64,000 nucleotides of DNA from Bigelowiella natans CCMP2755 (lineage: Eukaryota > Protista > Cercozoa), in the NCBI GenBank assembly GCA_000320545.1, contig ADNK01002827.1, positions 1 to 64,000 on the forward strand, given 5' to 3'. Below are positions 1-12,815 of this stretch, one piece after another (the first letter of the stretch is position 1; the number at the start of each line of letters is the position of its first letter). A program made the position numbers and the translations under genes. The notes beneath the pieces are model-generated. The model saw only the letters and a program-made list of their open reading frames with translations, had not been told where the DNA came from and did no database searches.

Positions 1-573
1 CAGAAGAGCAGAGTGTCATCGCCAAGAGGTATATCCCACCTTATTCACCAATTTTCGTCTCTTTTCTTGCCTATTCCCCCCCCCCCCCCCCCCCTCTCTC
101 TCTCTCTCTCTCTTTCCTCTTTACCTATGTAACAACTACATATGTGCGCAAGTGCGTAGTTTTACTGTGATATACTGAGGTTTTGGTCACGTTCACAATA
201 TCTTCTTGTCTCTAATGACCAATGCGCCGCCGCTCTATGTACGTGCAGATCCGCAGCAGCAGGCAAATCGGGACTCGACGCTGTCCTTTTGAAGGAGAAG
301 GAGAAAGGAGTAGCGACAATACCCTCTCGCAACAGTAATAGTGGTGGCCTTGGAAATGCGACATCGGTAATCAGTGAATCCCCTTAAAACTTAGTTTAAG
401 TATTATCAACGTGAAGGGTTTCGCGCATGATGATCAACAACCAGCCATAATCTACTGCTTTTGGTATCGCTGTACAGGCAGCAGACACGGGTGGTGGACG
501 CTATGAAGCCGTGTTGCATGGTGATGACGGGAACAATGAAAACAATGGAGCTGCAACACCGATTGTACCATAA
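1..573 (+). CDS. 3' end of a spliced gene, unknown product (partial, runs off the window)
   Basis: GT-AG bounded exons at about 1-28, 249-366 and 478-573. The last exon reads AADTGGGRYEAVLHGDDGNNENNGAATPIVP* (TAA 571-573). Confidence 0.55.
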
Positions 574-739
574 CGATGGCGTCTGCGAGTCGAGCAACAA
601 CTTAATTTCTCCAACCCTTTGTCTACATGTGTGCGAAGTCAATACACAAGTTCTGATTTAATTGTATGGGTTCACAGATAAATATTAAAAAACAAAAACT
701 ACCAAGCTACCAAATGACTGTTTGTTACAAAGCCAGAAT

Positions 740-775
<36 letters not shown>

Positions 776-1497
776 CTTGACATTATCCTTTTACGTATGT
801 AGTAGTAGCTTAGCCATCATGAATTCGTCTTCACGCTCATCGATGCACATTGACGTGCTAGCGTGGCTCTCTTTCAATGTAGCACTGTATTGCTGCAGAA
901 TACGACCAAAAGCATAACTACAGCAGCAGTAATTGTGCATGTTTAGATCGCGTCTAGGCATAAGGCATGCTAGTATGTGGTATAGATCATATGTGTTTTA
1001 TTGATCTGCATGTTATATTGCGTCGCCTTGACTATGCGTGGCGCACAGAAAGAGTTCGAATAAAATATGAGGCGAAAATGTCTACACATAAAGACTAATG
1101 ACAAATAGGTGATGTACATTATTACATAGCGCGCATCAAATGTAATTTGCATGTGCCTTCAAAAGCCATTTAATTCATTGCAATTTGAGGATTATTACAG
1201 CACGTCTAGATGGTCAATTGAAGTATATGAGAGAGCCATAAGCATTCCCTTTAGATGAAAGTCTAGATTTTGCATGATTAGAATCGTCACAATGCGCTAG
1301 TGCGAGCCGTTGCCATGCACGCACGCTGTCTATCTATGTTCACTTTTACACATACACGTGGCTAATGTTCGCTACTGTTATATAAAATCTAGCGATCGTT
1401 CTTTGCGCAGGTATCTACCTACAGCACAGCCCATCCTGTGTGGTATCGCTGCATCTTTAATGCTTCTCTATCTAGATTTGTGGCCATGTTAGATCAA

Positions 1498-2775
1498 CTA
1501 TGTCTGCATTATGCTAACCAGTTCTTTGATGGAAGCGAGAGGCATTCCTCCTGATGTCGGCGGCATGTCTTCTCTTATAGGAAGACTGGAGGATAACCCC
1601 TCTGCCTTTCGGGTGGAACGCAGGAGAAGCATTTTAGTAAAGGCAACCCACGCATTGAGCTTCAGTCGCTTGTCCCAGCTGGCCGCGAGGGCGTAAAACT
1701 TCTCAAGTGCTATTCTGGCATGGAACGCCGCTCGCCCATAGTGAAGTTTCCTGAAATAGAGTTGTGCTACAAGCACATGAGGCTCTGCTACCCATGGGTT
1801 ATGGTTCGCAGCAAGAGTCAACCTGCGAATCTGTTCGTCGATATCGATATCTACATCACCAGTAACGACAGACCAATACAGGTCCCTGGCCAAAGTCTCA
1901 TTCTCTCTCGAAAGCACCTTCCGGCATTGATCAAAGATCGGGGGGGGGGTGTCGAGGTGCGTTCTAATCGTGTGGCAAATGGCAGACATCCAGTAGAGAG
2001 CTATGGCGGGCCCTGTGTGTCCAGGGTACAGCCTCAGCGGTGATTCGACCTGATGATGATCCCTCCAAGCGTTGATTTCCACCATCTGATCGAGGTAGTC
2101 CGCAATGGTGACAACCATTACTTTGGCAGCCTCCTCAGACGAGATTTCGATACTACCGTTCAGGCGATGGGGGACCCTCAGGGTACTGAAGCCAGAGGTG
2201 GAACCAGTTGAATGGAGCTCGGCAGGGGGGAGCGGGTGGGGAGGCTCGGTGATATTGCCTGAGATGAGTTCTGACAAGCCGAGTACGGAGCCACGATGCA
2301 CGGTTCCGAACAGCCATACGAGCCTTTCTGCATCCGCTCCGATTATATTTCTCAGCTGCTTCCTCTCGGAGGATTTACTTGCATCCCACACGTAGAACTG
2401 GAAAAGATCGCCTGAATATCCCGTGTGGAATAGCCCTGCCCTTGCTACCTCAGTAGGCTGCCCCCAAGCAGCAAGGATGCTGAACGTTCCGACCAGGTGG
2501 TCCTTAAATATCTCACGCGCATGAGAGAACTGCATGAAAGCGGGTTCGTTACGTAAAACATCCATCATTCGAGGGGCTTCGACATCCAGAGCAACCCAAT
2601 TCTCACCGAGGACGTGCTCTACCCTGACGGGACGATGGAGTCTGCAGAATTCTCCATCGTTTTCTCGGTTTTCGACGCCATCCATGCTTCTATTCTCAAA
2701 CGAAGACACGGCCTTGATGATCGATGGACCCAACCCTCCCGCAGCACACACAAGAATGACCGCAGCTGCTTTCAT
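1498..2775 (-). CDS. DUF6817-domain protein with C-terminal TPR-like helices, intronless, hydrophobic N-terminus
   Basis: 425-aa uninterrupted ORF. The motif HAREIFKDHLVGTFSILAAWGQPTEVARAGLFHTGYS...IIGADAERLVWLF is typical of DUF6817. NPWVAEPHVLVAQLY...ASWDKR resembles the C-terminal TPR-like part of plant/algal members. Confidence 0.8.
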   Translation of the reverse strand: MKAAAVILVCAAGGLGPSIIKAVSSFENRSMDGVENRENDGEFCRLHRPVRVEHVLGENWVALDVEAPRMMDVLRNEPAFMQFSHAREIFKDHLVGTFSILAAWGQPTEVARAGLFHTGYSGDLFQFYVWDASKSSERKQLRNIIGADAERLVWLFGTVHRGSVLGLSELISGNITEPPHPLPPAELHSTGSTSGFSTLRVPHRLNGSIEISSEEAAKVMVVTIADYLDQMVEINAWRDHHQVESPLRLYPGHTGPAIALYWMSAICHTIRTHLDTPPPIFDQCRKVLSRENETLARDLYWSVVTGDVDIDIDEQIRRLTLAANHNPWVAEPHVLVAQLYFRKLHYGRAAFHARIALEKFYALAASWDKRLKLNAWVAFTKMLLLRSTRKAEGLSSSLPIREDMPPTSGGMPLASIKELVSIMQT

Positions 2776-2865
2776 ACTCGAGCGTGTGGGGTGGGGTATC
2801 TTCGACTTTTGTTCGACAGGTTACCTACTCATCGGTGGGTTATTAGAGCGATTCCAGGGGTGGGC

Positions 2866-2943
2866 ATTGTCGTCACTGATGAATTACCTGCAATCATCGA
2901 TGAAATTGTCGTCACTGATGAATTGCCTGCAATCATCGATGAA
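2866..2943. repeat. 39-bp tandem duplication upstream of the DUF6817 gene
   Basis: attgtcgtcactgatgaatt[a/g]cctgcaatcatcgatgaa x2 (2866-2904, 2905-2943), with a single mismatch A2886/G2925. Confidence 0.95.
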
Positions 2944-3229
2944 ATTGCGTCTGCGTGCAACCTGCAAAAGAAAAAGGGGCGGAAAAGGAGGACACCCGCT
3001 CCTTCCTCGCTCTGGGTGCTGACAAGTCCTTGCAACGAGTGTTGTTGAGGCTCTGCTGCGTGCAAATGCCTGTCTCCCATGTGGTTCTGGCGCATGTAGT
3101 TTTGATCAACGCTTTCTTCATTGTTTATTGTTCTGGGGAACGAAATCAAGAACATGCAGGAATGCAACACCTGGTTGTGCTGCTTTGTCTTGAATGGCGT
3201 GCATGTCCAAATGTGCATCTCCCTCTGTC

Positions 3230-3900
3230 CTAGCTAGCTAGTCTCGGTCGGTCTCTCTCTCAGTCTAGCTGTGTGTGTGTGTGTGTGTTGTGACGCCAGT
3301 GTCACGTCCAACACTCTGGCACTGTTCGCTGAAACATGGGTTCATGTGTGCAACTCAAACTCAACAGCTGAACACGTGCCAATCCACATCTGAATGATGG
3401 CAAAAGCTAGAAAGGCACACGCAAACACATTTTTGGCACAAACAGCTAGACAGACGTGCATCGTGCGCGTGCTGGCACGGAGACTGAACCATGGTGATGC
3501 AAGTCGTCTCCGTGCTGCACGGGATCAACAGAACAAGTCAGCAATGGAAGCAACACATGCGCACATTGCATGGCAATTGAAAAAATGTGATCATTGATCA
3601 TTGATATCATTGCATCCGTCTCACGTCTCACACATTCTAGCACGTTCTAGCGTTGTGTGCACATGGCATGTCTACGTGTGCATGTGGCAGTGCAATGTCC
3701 ATGCTAGCATGCACACAAGACACACTGCTAGACCATGCGTGCACATCTTATGCGCACACTATCACACGCACAGTCATTGGTGCCCATCTAGCCATGCTCA
3801 TCAGGTGTAGCAGTGTTGTTCAATTCAATGGCGATCTGCTCGTGGCGTCTCGGTGAGTACGCAACGATCGACATCGTGTTGCATGCGAATGCGGACATGA
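3230..3900. other. TpA-depleted, CTAG/CATG/TGCA-rich intergenic spacer
   Basis: Most remaining TA dinucleotides lie in CTAG; CG is retained. Confidence 0.8.
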
Positions 3901-4142
3901 CATCAGACACATTGCGACGACACTTCCTCTGAGTCGAAGGTTGTTGCAGCACGCAACAGTTTAATGTGATGAGTCCCATAATAGCTCCGATGAAAAGCTA
4001 AATCATGATTTATAAACCAAACGTTTTCGAGATACGGCTCGGCGGCACCAGTCAATCTTGACATGCATGGCAATTCAAAAGTTGTGATGCCATGAGAGTT
4101 CATAATGATGTCTCATAAGTAAGTAGACATCATCGCCTCGTA

Positions 4143-7100
4143 TTAACATCCAAGTGGTGCAACCTGGACAGTCTCTATCAAAATTATCATTACAATTCTG
4201 CATGCAATATCCTGCAAAAATATTAAGTATGATATTTCGGACACTCTCTCTGAATTTTGCCGAAATTTGTACGCCAACACTGCTACCAGTATCGCGCAGC
4301 CTATCGAAACCAAAAAAGCAAAGACTACTCCATAATAATCCTCGGTGACCCATTGGTGCGTCTGTGCCTGTGACTCGTATCTAACCCCATTGCCATCATC
4401 GCGCTTGGAAGCGTTAGGAAGAGAAACTTTTGCGACTGGGACAATTGAGGCGGCGGATGTGGTGGGCGAGCGTGCACTCCACCAACTGCTACCGTTGAGT
4501 TTGTCGGAGCTCTTGAGGCCGTCATCCATAGTGTTGTTCAGGCTTTCAGTTGTCCATGCTGTTTTCCGTTCCGAAGGCTGCTTCTTTACTTTAGAGGATA
4601 CTTGGCGCTTTTCGGCTGCATCAAATGCCAACGAGCCTGCTATAACATTTGCAGTAACCAGCGGAACGTTGTTGGTGATGGGTTGGCCTCCTTCCTCATC
4701 CTCATCGTCCTCTTCTTTTTCTTCGTGGTCGTTGCCCTGCAAGTCCTCCCTCTGAATTTCGCCTCCTTCGTCCATGCCATCATCATCACCTACGTCGTCG
4801 TCACCGCCCATTTCCTCCTCGTCTCCCCCATCAAACTCGAATTCGGACTTGCAGCAGATGGTAGTGATACACACTAAGTATGCGAAGAAGGATCCTGTGT
4901 CTTTGCGCTTTTCACCGGTCATTTTTAGGCGATATTTTCCGGGCATATCTCGGCCAAATAAGGAACCGATGACATATGGAACGGGATAGGAAATGATGAA
5001 GGCGACAACCACAAGCGAGAAATCGCCGTTCAGGCCAGGAAGGCTCTGCTCCGTTCCGGCCAGGAGCGAACAGACGGCTGCTGAGTTGAAGAGCAGCGTC
5101 ATCAAAATGACAAGCCGTTTCCTTGTGTCGAGGAAATCTCCCTGCGGATGGAGCCCTATTGAGAGCCAGGGATGGCTTCGTGTCATACGCCACCTCACTG
5201 ATACGTACCAATTACCCCATGTTCTGGGCTTGAATAAGCGCACCCATGCCGCCTCCTGGATTGATCCCCAAAATATGCGTTCCGTCTGTCCGTCCAACTT
5301 ATTGTCAGATATCCGAGCTGTGTCGCGGAGCCAAGCGACCGGTAGACCAACGATAAGCACGGTGAACATGATGATTAGCATGATCACCACCCCGTTCTCG
5401 GTGGGATCAAAGGCGGACGATTTGAAGTCGTCGCTCGAAACTGTGTTCACCTCCACCTGTTTGCAGCATAGCATCGATGAACACCAAATCAGGATCATTC
5501 GTTCTTACGCCGAAGATTTCAATAATGTTTTTGTTTTGTCGTCTGGCATATAAGATATAAGAAATAACTTAATACAAGCTATATTTATGCGTTCACAAAC
5601 GTTGGTATTTTGCCTTTGAGTAGTCGCTACCGATCCGTCACCTGTAATCGAGAAGATTAATGGATCCCAGTAATATGCACCGCACGCTACAGGAGCTGCT
5701 GTAGGACTCATCGTGAGGAAGAAATCAGGCCCCCAGTTTTCTCCTTTGCAGCTAGCATTGTAATAACACGAATCGGGATTGTTTGGGTCTAGCTGGAAGT
5801 ACGTGGGATTTTCCGGATCCTCAGACAATGCATACAGATTATTATCTGAGCGCTTCAGCCGAATAGTTGTAGTATTAAAGCGGGTACCGTTTACCTTGCA
5901 GATAAATTGTGTCGAAAATTTCATGATGACGGTTCTTTGGTTAATGTCACAGTTGCGAATTGGTAGGTATTGGCTTTCGCGTATGTTCTCAGCCGAATAC
6001 ATTACTGTCACTGTGTTCTCGCTGTGATTGACGTAGGCGCTAGTGCTATCTCTCAAATGCGCGATCATCTTCTTGTTCTCCGTCGAATTACTCGTGAGTC
6101 CCTCTTGAGCTGTTGTAAGGCAAATTTCAAGCCCCCCTCCAGATTTAGGTTTGAATTCATAGACAATCTCGACATCGCAACCGTTGGCACCAGCTAATTT
6201 GCGAGCATAAGATAACCCTTCATTACGACTATCGTTGAGTGCAGCCTGGCGCTCGTCTTCACTAGCGAAAGCAAATACCCTGGCAGTCATATCATGGACT
6301 GGCGTCGCTGTAACCATCACTCCAGAGGAGTATAACCACTCATCTTCACGGACCTTGCAAGTCGTGTTTGAGCCGCCATATACTGATTTGACTGAAGAGT
6401 TATACCAAACCCGATTTAACTTATCTTCGCTGTAAAATGGTGTTGAATCAGCGTCTTTTGTTTGTAGGTGATTAACCTCGCTAATTTCGAAAAACACCCC
6501 CCCCCAAAAATATTGCCCATACTCATCCTCCTTGGGGTACGTGCAGGTGGTGGTATCAGCGCCCAGCGCGGAGCATTGCCCAATGGTACTATTTCCAGCT
6601 TTAGAAGCATTCACATCTTTGCCAAATCTATCTTTAAATGTCTTGCAAGGCAATGAAGATCTTTGCTCAAATGTCCCCATGTCATGAGAACTTTTTACTA
6701 CAGGGTCTAGCATCGTATCGTTGTAGCTGCTGCCTTTCGACATGCAAATGAAATTGTATCTTCTTGGTAGTCCATATGTCCTTTCGCGATTGACAATGAA
6801 GCCACGTTGTCCAGCTGGGATCGAGGTCCACCAATCGTACCAAGCGGACTGCCAATCGGTCTGATCTGTTGGGCATTTATTGCTCGTTGAGTCGGTTGAG
6901 ACGTTTGCGCAGACATACTTGTACCACGTGTTTTGTTGCGTTGAAGATAGTTGACATGTAGTGTAAATATCCCACTGCTGTTGCGGAGAACCAGCACAAG
7001 GGTCATTCGAGTAAAAACTTCCTTGGCCAATACTGCAGTCGACCATCAACGAACCGGGCCCATTGATGTCCCAACAACTCGCGCTGTCAGTCCATGCGCT

Positions 7101-7259
7101 TTTGGAGATGAGAGAATTGCAGGAAGAACTGTTATGATTTTCCAACTTCCATTGCATCTTAGCGCTAACAGATATTCGGCAGAAAGCAGCGAGGATCAGA
7201 AGCATTGCCACAAGAGATTGGGCACCAGACGACGACGAAGGTACGAACGCCATCATCAT
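4143..7259 (-). CDS. Polycystin-1/REJ-like membrane protein (signal peptide, Cys-rich ectodomain, degenerate GPS-like segment, about 5 TM helices)
   Basis: The ORFs 5505-7301 and 4143-5498 join in frame through a GT-AG intron at 5600-5457 (..RQNTN|VEVNTV..). CGAYYWDP precedes TM1. SHPWLSIGLHPQGDFLDTRKRLVILMTLLF resembles the PKD1-family H-x-W-L-S...TRxQR segment. Confidence 0.6.
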
Positions 7260-7539
7260 CTGCGAGAGCGCCGTTTCGCGGAATCTACAGGAGAAACCCA
7301 ACGAATCCTGAATGCGACTTCGTGATCGGCATGTCGTAATTGCAAAACGGTCAATATTTTTTTAACTGTGAATGACGTGGTTACACTGTTCATTAAGTGA
7401 AAATCACAATTAGATCTAATGATGCAGTTGCATGCAAAATTTTGCAGTAACTTTGTCACATTGCGACAACGAAAATCAGCAATAGGACACAGGAAATGTC
7501 CTTGCCCTCGGTTGCACATTTTGTTTCTGTTGTGTTGCG

Positions 7540-8480
7540 ACAAGCACAAGGAGCATGCGCTGACAACTGCTGACTGGACAGTGCACACACAAGCATGTTG
7601 GCATGCAATCAGTGAGAATGATGCTAGTGATGGGGGCTTCGCTCCATCGATCCTAGGACACAGTCTAGCAGTGCTAGATCATGCTTCAGTCTAGCAGGGT
7701 TAGTGCTTGCCATGCTGGTGTGCTAGCATGGGCTAGCTAGCTAGCAGGGCCACATCTGCTAGCTCATGATGGACATGCAATGTGATGTGTGCACATTGCA
7801 TGCACCATGTTGCTGTGTCTAACACAAGGTATACTCATGATAGACATGCAACATGACACACATGTATGCATCATGTGCATGCCACATTGCTGTCTTTCCA
7901 GCTGTGTCTGTTGTGCTCTGCTGGCTAGCTGGAGCTGTCTCACATCTAGCTAGCTAGCCGCCATGCCAGGCAGCACTAGAGCATCCAGCATGCTAGCTAG
8001 CTAGCATGGTGACTAGATCTAGCACAGGACTGTGGATCTTGCAAGCTAGCAAGAGATCTAGAGATGGCCATGATCAGATGGCGCGATCGATCAAACAAGA
8101 AATTTTTCAGATGTACGTTGCATGCTAGCATGGCTAGATGGCCGCCATGCTGCACAGCATGCATCGCTAGATCGCTAGCTAGCTAGACGATCGCGTGTGG
8201 ACAATCTAGCATGCAACACTGTACGCTAGTATAGTAGTACGTGCATGACTCGATCTAGAGATGAGTGAATGCCAACGAACAAGGCGCAAAATGCTAGAAT
8301 GCTAGAATGACAAGCGCGCGTGTTCAACAAAACCACAGCTAGCCAGGTCGAGCGCACGTGCAAGTGCAAACATGCGAAATGATTCAAGTTTGTCACACAC
8401 CCACAACCCATGCAAAATAACTTGCACCATCTGTCTCGTAGCTGCTCCTGAGCTATGCATGTGTAGTACAACTAGATTAC
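7540..8480. other. TpA-depleted CTAG-rich spacer containing a diverged ~71-bp tandem repeat (copies start 7763 and 7834)
   Basis: (GCTA)n runs. The two repeat copies differ reciprocally as TG versus CA. Confidence 0.85.
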
Positions 8481-8723
8481 GATGAATTATTGATAGAGGT
8501 TTTCTACATGTGGTGACAAAAAAAAATAGCAATGCATCACAATGACCCTGGAAATACTGATCGAACTTGCAACCGTTTCCATCTAGTTGTACAGACAGAA
8601 GTGACTATGGGACTGTTACAAATCAGCCAGAACTTGGGAGCCCGATATCCATATAATGATGATTCCTGGATAGGGGTTTTCTTCATTCCAGCTGCTCAAA
8701 TTGTTTTCATCGAATAACAACGA

Positions 8724-8963
8724 TTATTCTTCAAATTGTTGGTCAAAAGCGTCGAAAGCATTAACCTGTTTGAGTATCATAATATTCTCAAAACACACCG
8801 ATCCACATAATTATCGTGCCACCATCCGTCGTCAAAGTATGATGGCATAATAGCTTAGTGATTACTCAGCGCAACGCAAATTGAATGCTAGAAAAAGTGA
8901 TATCATTAACCCTAATCTGTTGCATGCTGCTGCTGCTTTAGAGGGTCTACCAAACCAATATCA

Positions 8964-8998
<35 letters not shown>

Positions 8999-9303
8999 CA
9001 TTCATACCTTCTCCTGTTTCACTGGCCGATGATATGTGTACCCAGACACAGCCTTGTCCTTATATTTCTTCATCGTGTTTGAGGTTGCCGAAAAGTCCTG
9101 CTCCTCCTCGATTTGGTCGAAGTTTTCCTCCCACTTGCTGCTGGGGATAATGGGTCCTCTTTCGTTGCGCAGTTTGCTCCAGTCGATGTTAGTAAAGAAA
9201 GGGTGTTTCTTCAGGTCGGAGAAACCAATGCGGCTGTTCTGGTCTGTCATCAGCTTGCGCATCATGTCCTCGGAATGGCGACTCAGATTTGCCTAAAGTG
9301 ATT

Positions 9304-9348
<45 letters not shown>

Positions 9349-9636
9349 CGACACACATACACACGCACCAACACTAACACTAACACTACTGTTGCATCAA
9401 GCAACACACTGAAGCACATATGTAAAACAACACTGAACACCGGCTTTGCAGCACCGACCGGCCACGGCAAAGGATGGATACAAGAGGGAAAAAAAAAACA
9501 GGAACCAACCGAAGATAAGTCGGTATTACCTCAGCAGGGAAAACGAGATGGTTTTGCCAGTTTACGATGTTCCGACAGGTGGTTAATGGGTCGTCGGCGT
9601 AGAAGGGAGGATACCTGTTAGCAAAAACAAACATAA

Positions 9637-9669
<33 letters not shown>

Positions 9670-10093
9670 TATTTATTTATATTGATGTATCATATCTTCG
9701 TTTTTATCCTCTCCTCTGTTCCCTCCCAACTGTCAGTCGCACACTCTTTCTTCCTCTTCTTATTACTGCACCACCTACCCGACAAGGCACTCGTACATGA
9801 TAACTCCAAGGGACCACCAGTCACAAGATTGGCCATAGCTACGAAATTGTGTAAGTAAGTATTAGAAAACATGAATGGAGGGAAGACAACGGTGGCGACC
9901 ATAACGGATAAAATGCACGCTCATATACTTTGTGTTATCATCATCATCGTCGTCAGCAGCAGCAGCATCATCATTGCTATCATTGCCTCAAAAAGTGACC
10001 GACCCTTGTTGATTGAAAACTTCAGGGGCGATATAGTCTGGTGTGCCCACAGTTGAGTACACCTAGTGATGACGATGATGGAGATGATGATGG

Positions 10094-10127
<34 letters not shown>

Positions 10128-12815
10128 AGTATACAAATCAGTCCAATCAGCCTAAAAGCTCTCCGAGTAGGGAAGGAGGGTGGGGAGGAGATGGATGGAT
10201 GACAGAAGGGGGGAAGAAGTGGCGATGAAAAGGGTAGAACAATTACTCTACATGCATGCCGTGTATGATCATCAAGATACCATTAACATCATGATCATCA
10301 TGATCATCATCGTTACCAGCTTCCTGTCCCTCCTATTCGTTTTCCAGGTCTGCGTAGCCTTGGCATGGTCAAGATCGGCACGGGATCCACCAACCTTGAG
10401 TTCCCCCTATATAGGTAGATAGGCACACACACACACACACACACAAAGGAAAAAGAGACCATCAGAATCGCTTCTAGGATGGCGAGCTCTAATGTTAAGC
10501 ACATTATAAACCTGTTATTCATGCTAAAATGCGAAAACCGGGGGCTTCCGACGGGAAAATACTTGAATTGGTAGGGAGATGCAACCACGCGCAACACGTA
10601 CAGCACGCATCATTGATTGATTCATTCGCTTACATTGTTCTTGGACTTGGCCCAGTCGTATAGGGAGAACTTCTTGGTATCGACGGACTTGCACAATCCG
10701 AAGTCAGTCAAACGAATGTGCCCATCCCTGTCAATCTGACACATCGTATGAGAGGTCACAGATCAATCATTCTGCTTTTATTACCGCTACTGCCTCTAGT
10801 AATGTATACGACGACTACGACGATGACGGCGGCGGCGGCGGCGGCCCACACTATCTTATCCGATAAAGCAAGCTCAATCGATCTCCCACAGGCAACAAGA
10901 ACAACAACTGCTGCTGCTGCACTACCAAGATGTTGTCGGGCTTCAGGTCACGATGAACATATCCGAGCTCGTGTACGTAACGGATCGAAAGCGCAGTTTC
11001 AGCCATGTAGAATCGGGTTTGTGCCTCAGTCAAAATGTCCTGCGAGAAATCAATATTAGGCTGATATTATTACAAAATCAAACCAAACTTCCTGCCTTCT
11101 TTTCTTTCGGTTTTTATTGCGTAAGACCCCCCTATCCCCACCCCCCCCACACACACACTCTGTTCTCTCCCGACCATGCCTACACACCCACACCCAACCA
11201 TCTATGGCGACCTTCTTGATAAGGAGACCCATGAGATCTCCACCAGGAAGAAACTCCATCACCATGTACAGGAAACGGGAATCTGCCAGGCAAAACCACC
11301 ATGCAAGTAGAAACGTAAATTTTAAACCAATTCTGACGTAATTAGTCCGAATTCGCTGCTTGCCCCTCGCCCCTCCCCCCCTCCGAGAGAAAATCCCTCC
11401 TCTTGACCACCAAATTTATATATGTATAAGCACCTTGCCAAGAATGGTAAAGCTGGACAATCCATGGGTTGTCAGCAGTAGCCAAGACCTCCCTCTCAGC
11501 CTAATCAAAGAAGAGAATAATAATCAATAGGATGATGCTTGTGATGATGAAAAGACACAATGCGTGCATATATCGCCATACTAAACATCCTATTACTGAA
11601 ATACCACCTTAATATGGGCAATCTGGTTCTTCTTGAACATCTCTCCCTGAAAGAAATAGCACTTAGCGGGGGCTAGAATCGCATCGGCATAAGAGTTGAA
11701 ACCAGTATGCAACCACCTTTTTCATCATCTTCATGGCAAGAAGCTTGAGGCTGCCATCGCTCTCTCTGTTGTTGAGGAAGAAGAAGATATAACAAAATAT
11801 TGATGGAAAATGGATCTAAGAGAGGAATGTGAGTTAAAAACGTGATGCAATCACCCCAATTGCCCATCTCATTTTTAGTGAAAGAAAATATGCGAAAGAA
11901 CAGTGTTTACTTATTCGGCGTTGTAAGCATAATTTTCGCGCATGCAAGAACAGATATCCAAAATGCTGCACCTTGTGCCTGGGTGAGTGACTACGCGTAC
12001 TTCTCCGAAGGCGCCACGACCGACGATCTTAATTGTAGTGTAGTCTTCGACGTGCATTTTCTTCTTCTTCTCCTGCTTTCCTCTAAAAGAGGGCGTGGGG
12101 AGTTAGAGACAGGAAGAAAAACTACTGTACTGATGGATGTTGTTGCTATATCGTATGAAATAAGAGTAACGTACTCTCCCTTGCCGAATTCGCGCTGGAA
12201 TTTCTCGCGCACAGCAGCACGTTGCTCCTATTATGAGATTATAATATGAGATTTAAAAAATAGAGAGGCAATAGGGCAGGGGAGGGGGGTGGGGACAGCA
12301 TCATGATGCAGAGTGGTTACCGCTGGCAGATTCTTCTCTTCCATCATTTGCTCCAGCTGACGGAGTTTCTGCTCATAGTTAGCCCCTCCAAGAGCTCTTT
12401 TCACCTGAACAGGATTCAGTTTTAAATCTCATTTATTTAACGTCAAGGTTAAAAGCGATCGACGGTGGTATCTAAGTAGACTAAGTATAATCGTGTTATT
12501 AAGAAAGGGATAGCATCTGCCCAATAGAGTTAGTGACACATTTTGCATTACAGGATTATTTTTGGTTTGCACATATCATTTCAGAATGGCAAAAGATGTC
12601 GAAGAATAACAGTTCAGGTAAAAAACGTGAAGAGAAGAGACCAAACGAACAAGAGAGGAGACTGTCTTGAGAACATGTTCTTTGTGCTCAGAGGAAAATC
12701 ACATTTTTGTATTCCAAGGTTCTACTAGGATATCATAGAAAAGAACCTGGTGTTCCTTCAACCATGACTCTAGCTTTGAAGCCTTCTCCCTCAGGCGGTC
12801 GGCAACGGATGTCAT
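8724..12815 (-). CDS. NDR/STK38-family AGC Ser/Thr protein kinase, multi-exon
   Basis: Exons encode [122 protein letters not shown] and the AGC tail GYTY. ATG 12815, stop 8724. Confidence 0.93.

Noticed and set aside
2534-3233. Several overlapping ORFs upstream of or antisense to the DUF6817 gene
   Set aside because: No recognisable domain. They stay open because of the antisense frame, the 39-bp repeat and TA (stop codon) depletion.
3230-8480. CpG deamination as the explanation for TG/CA-rich spacers
   Set aside because: CG remains common while TA is what is missing, and a related stretch shows TA at a TG/CA variable site. A minor contribution is not excluded.
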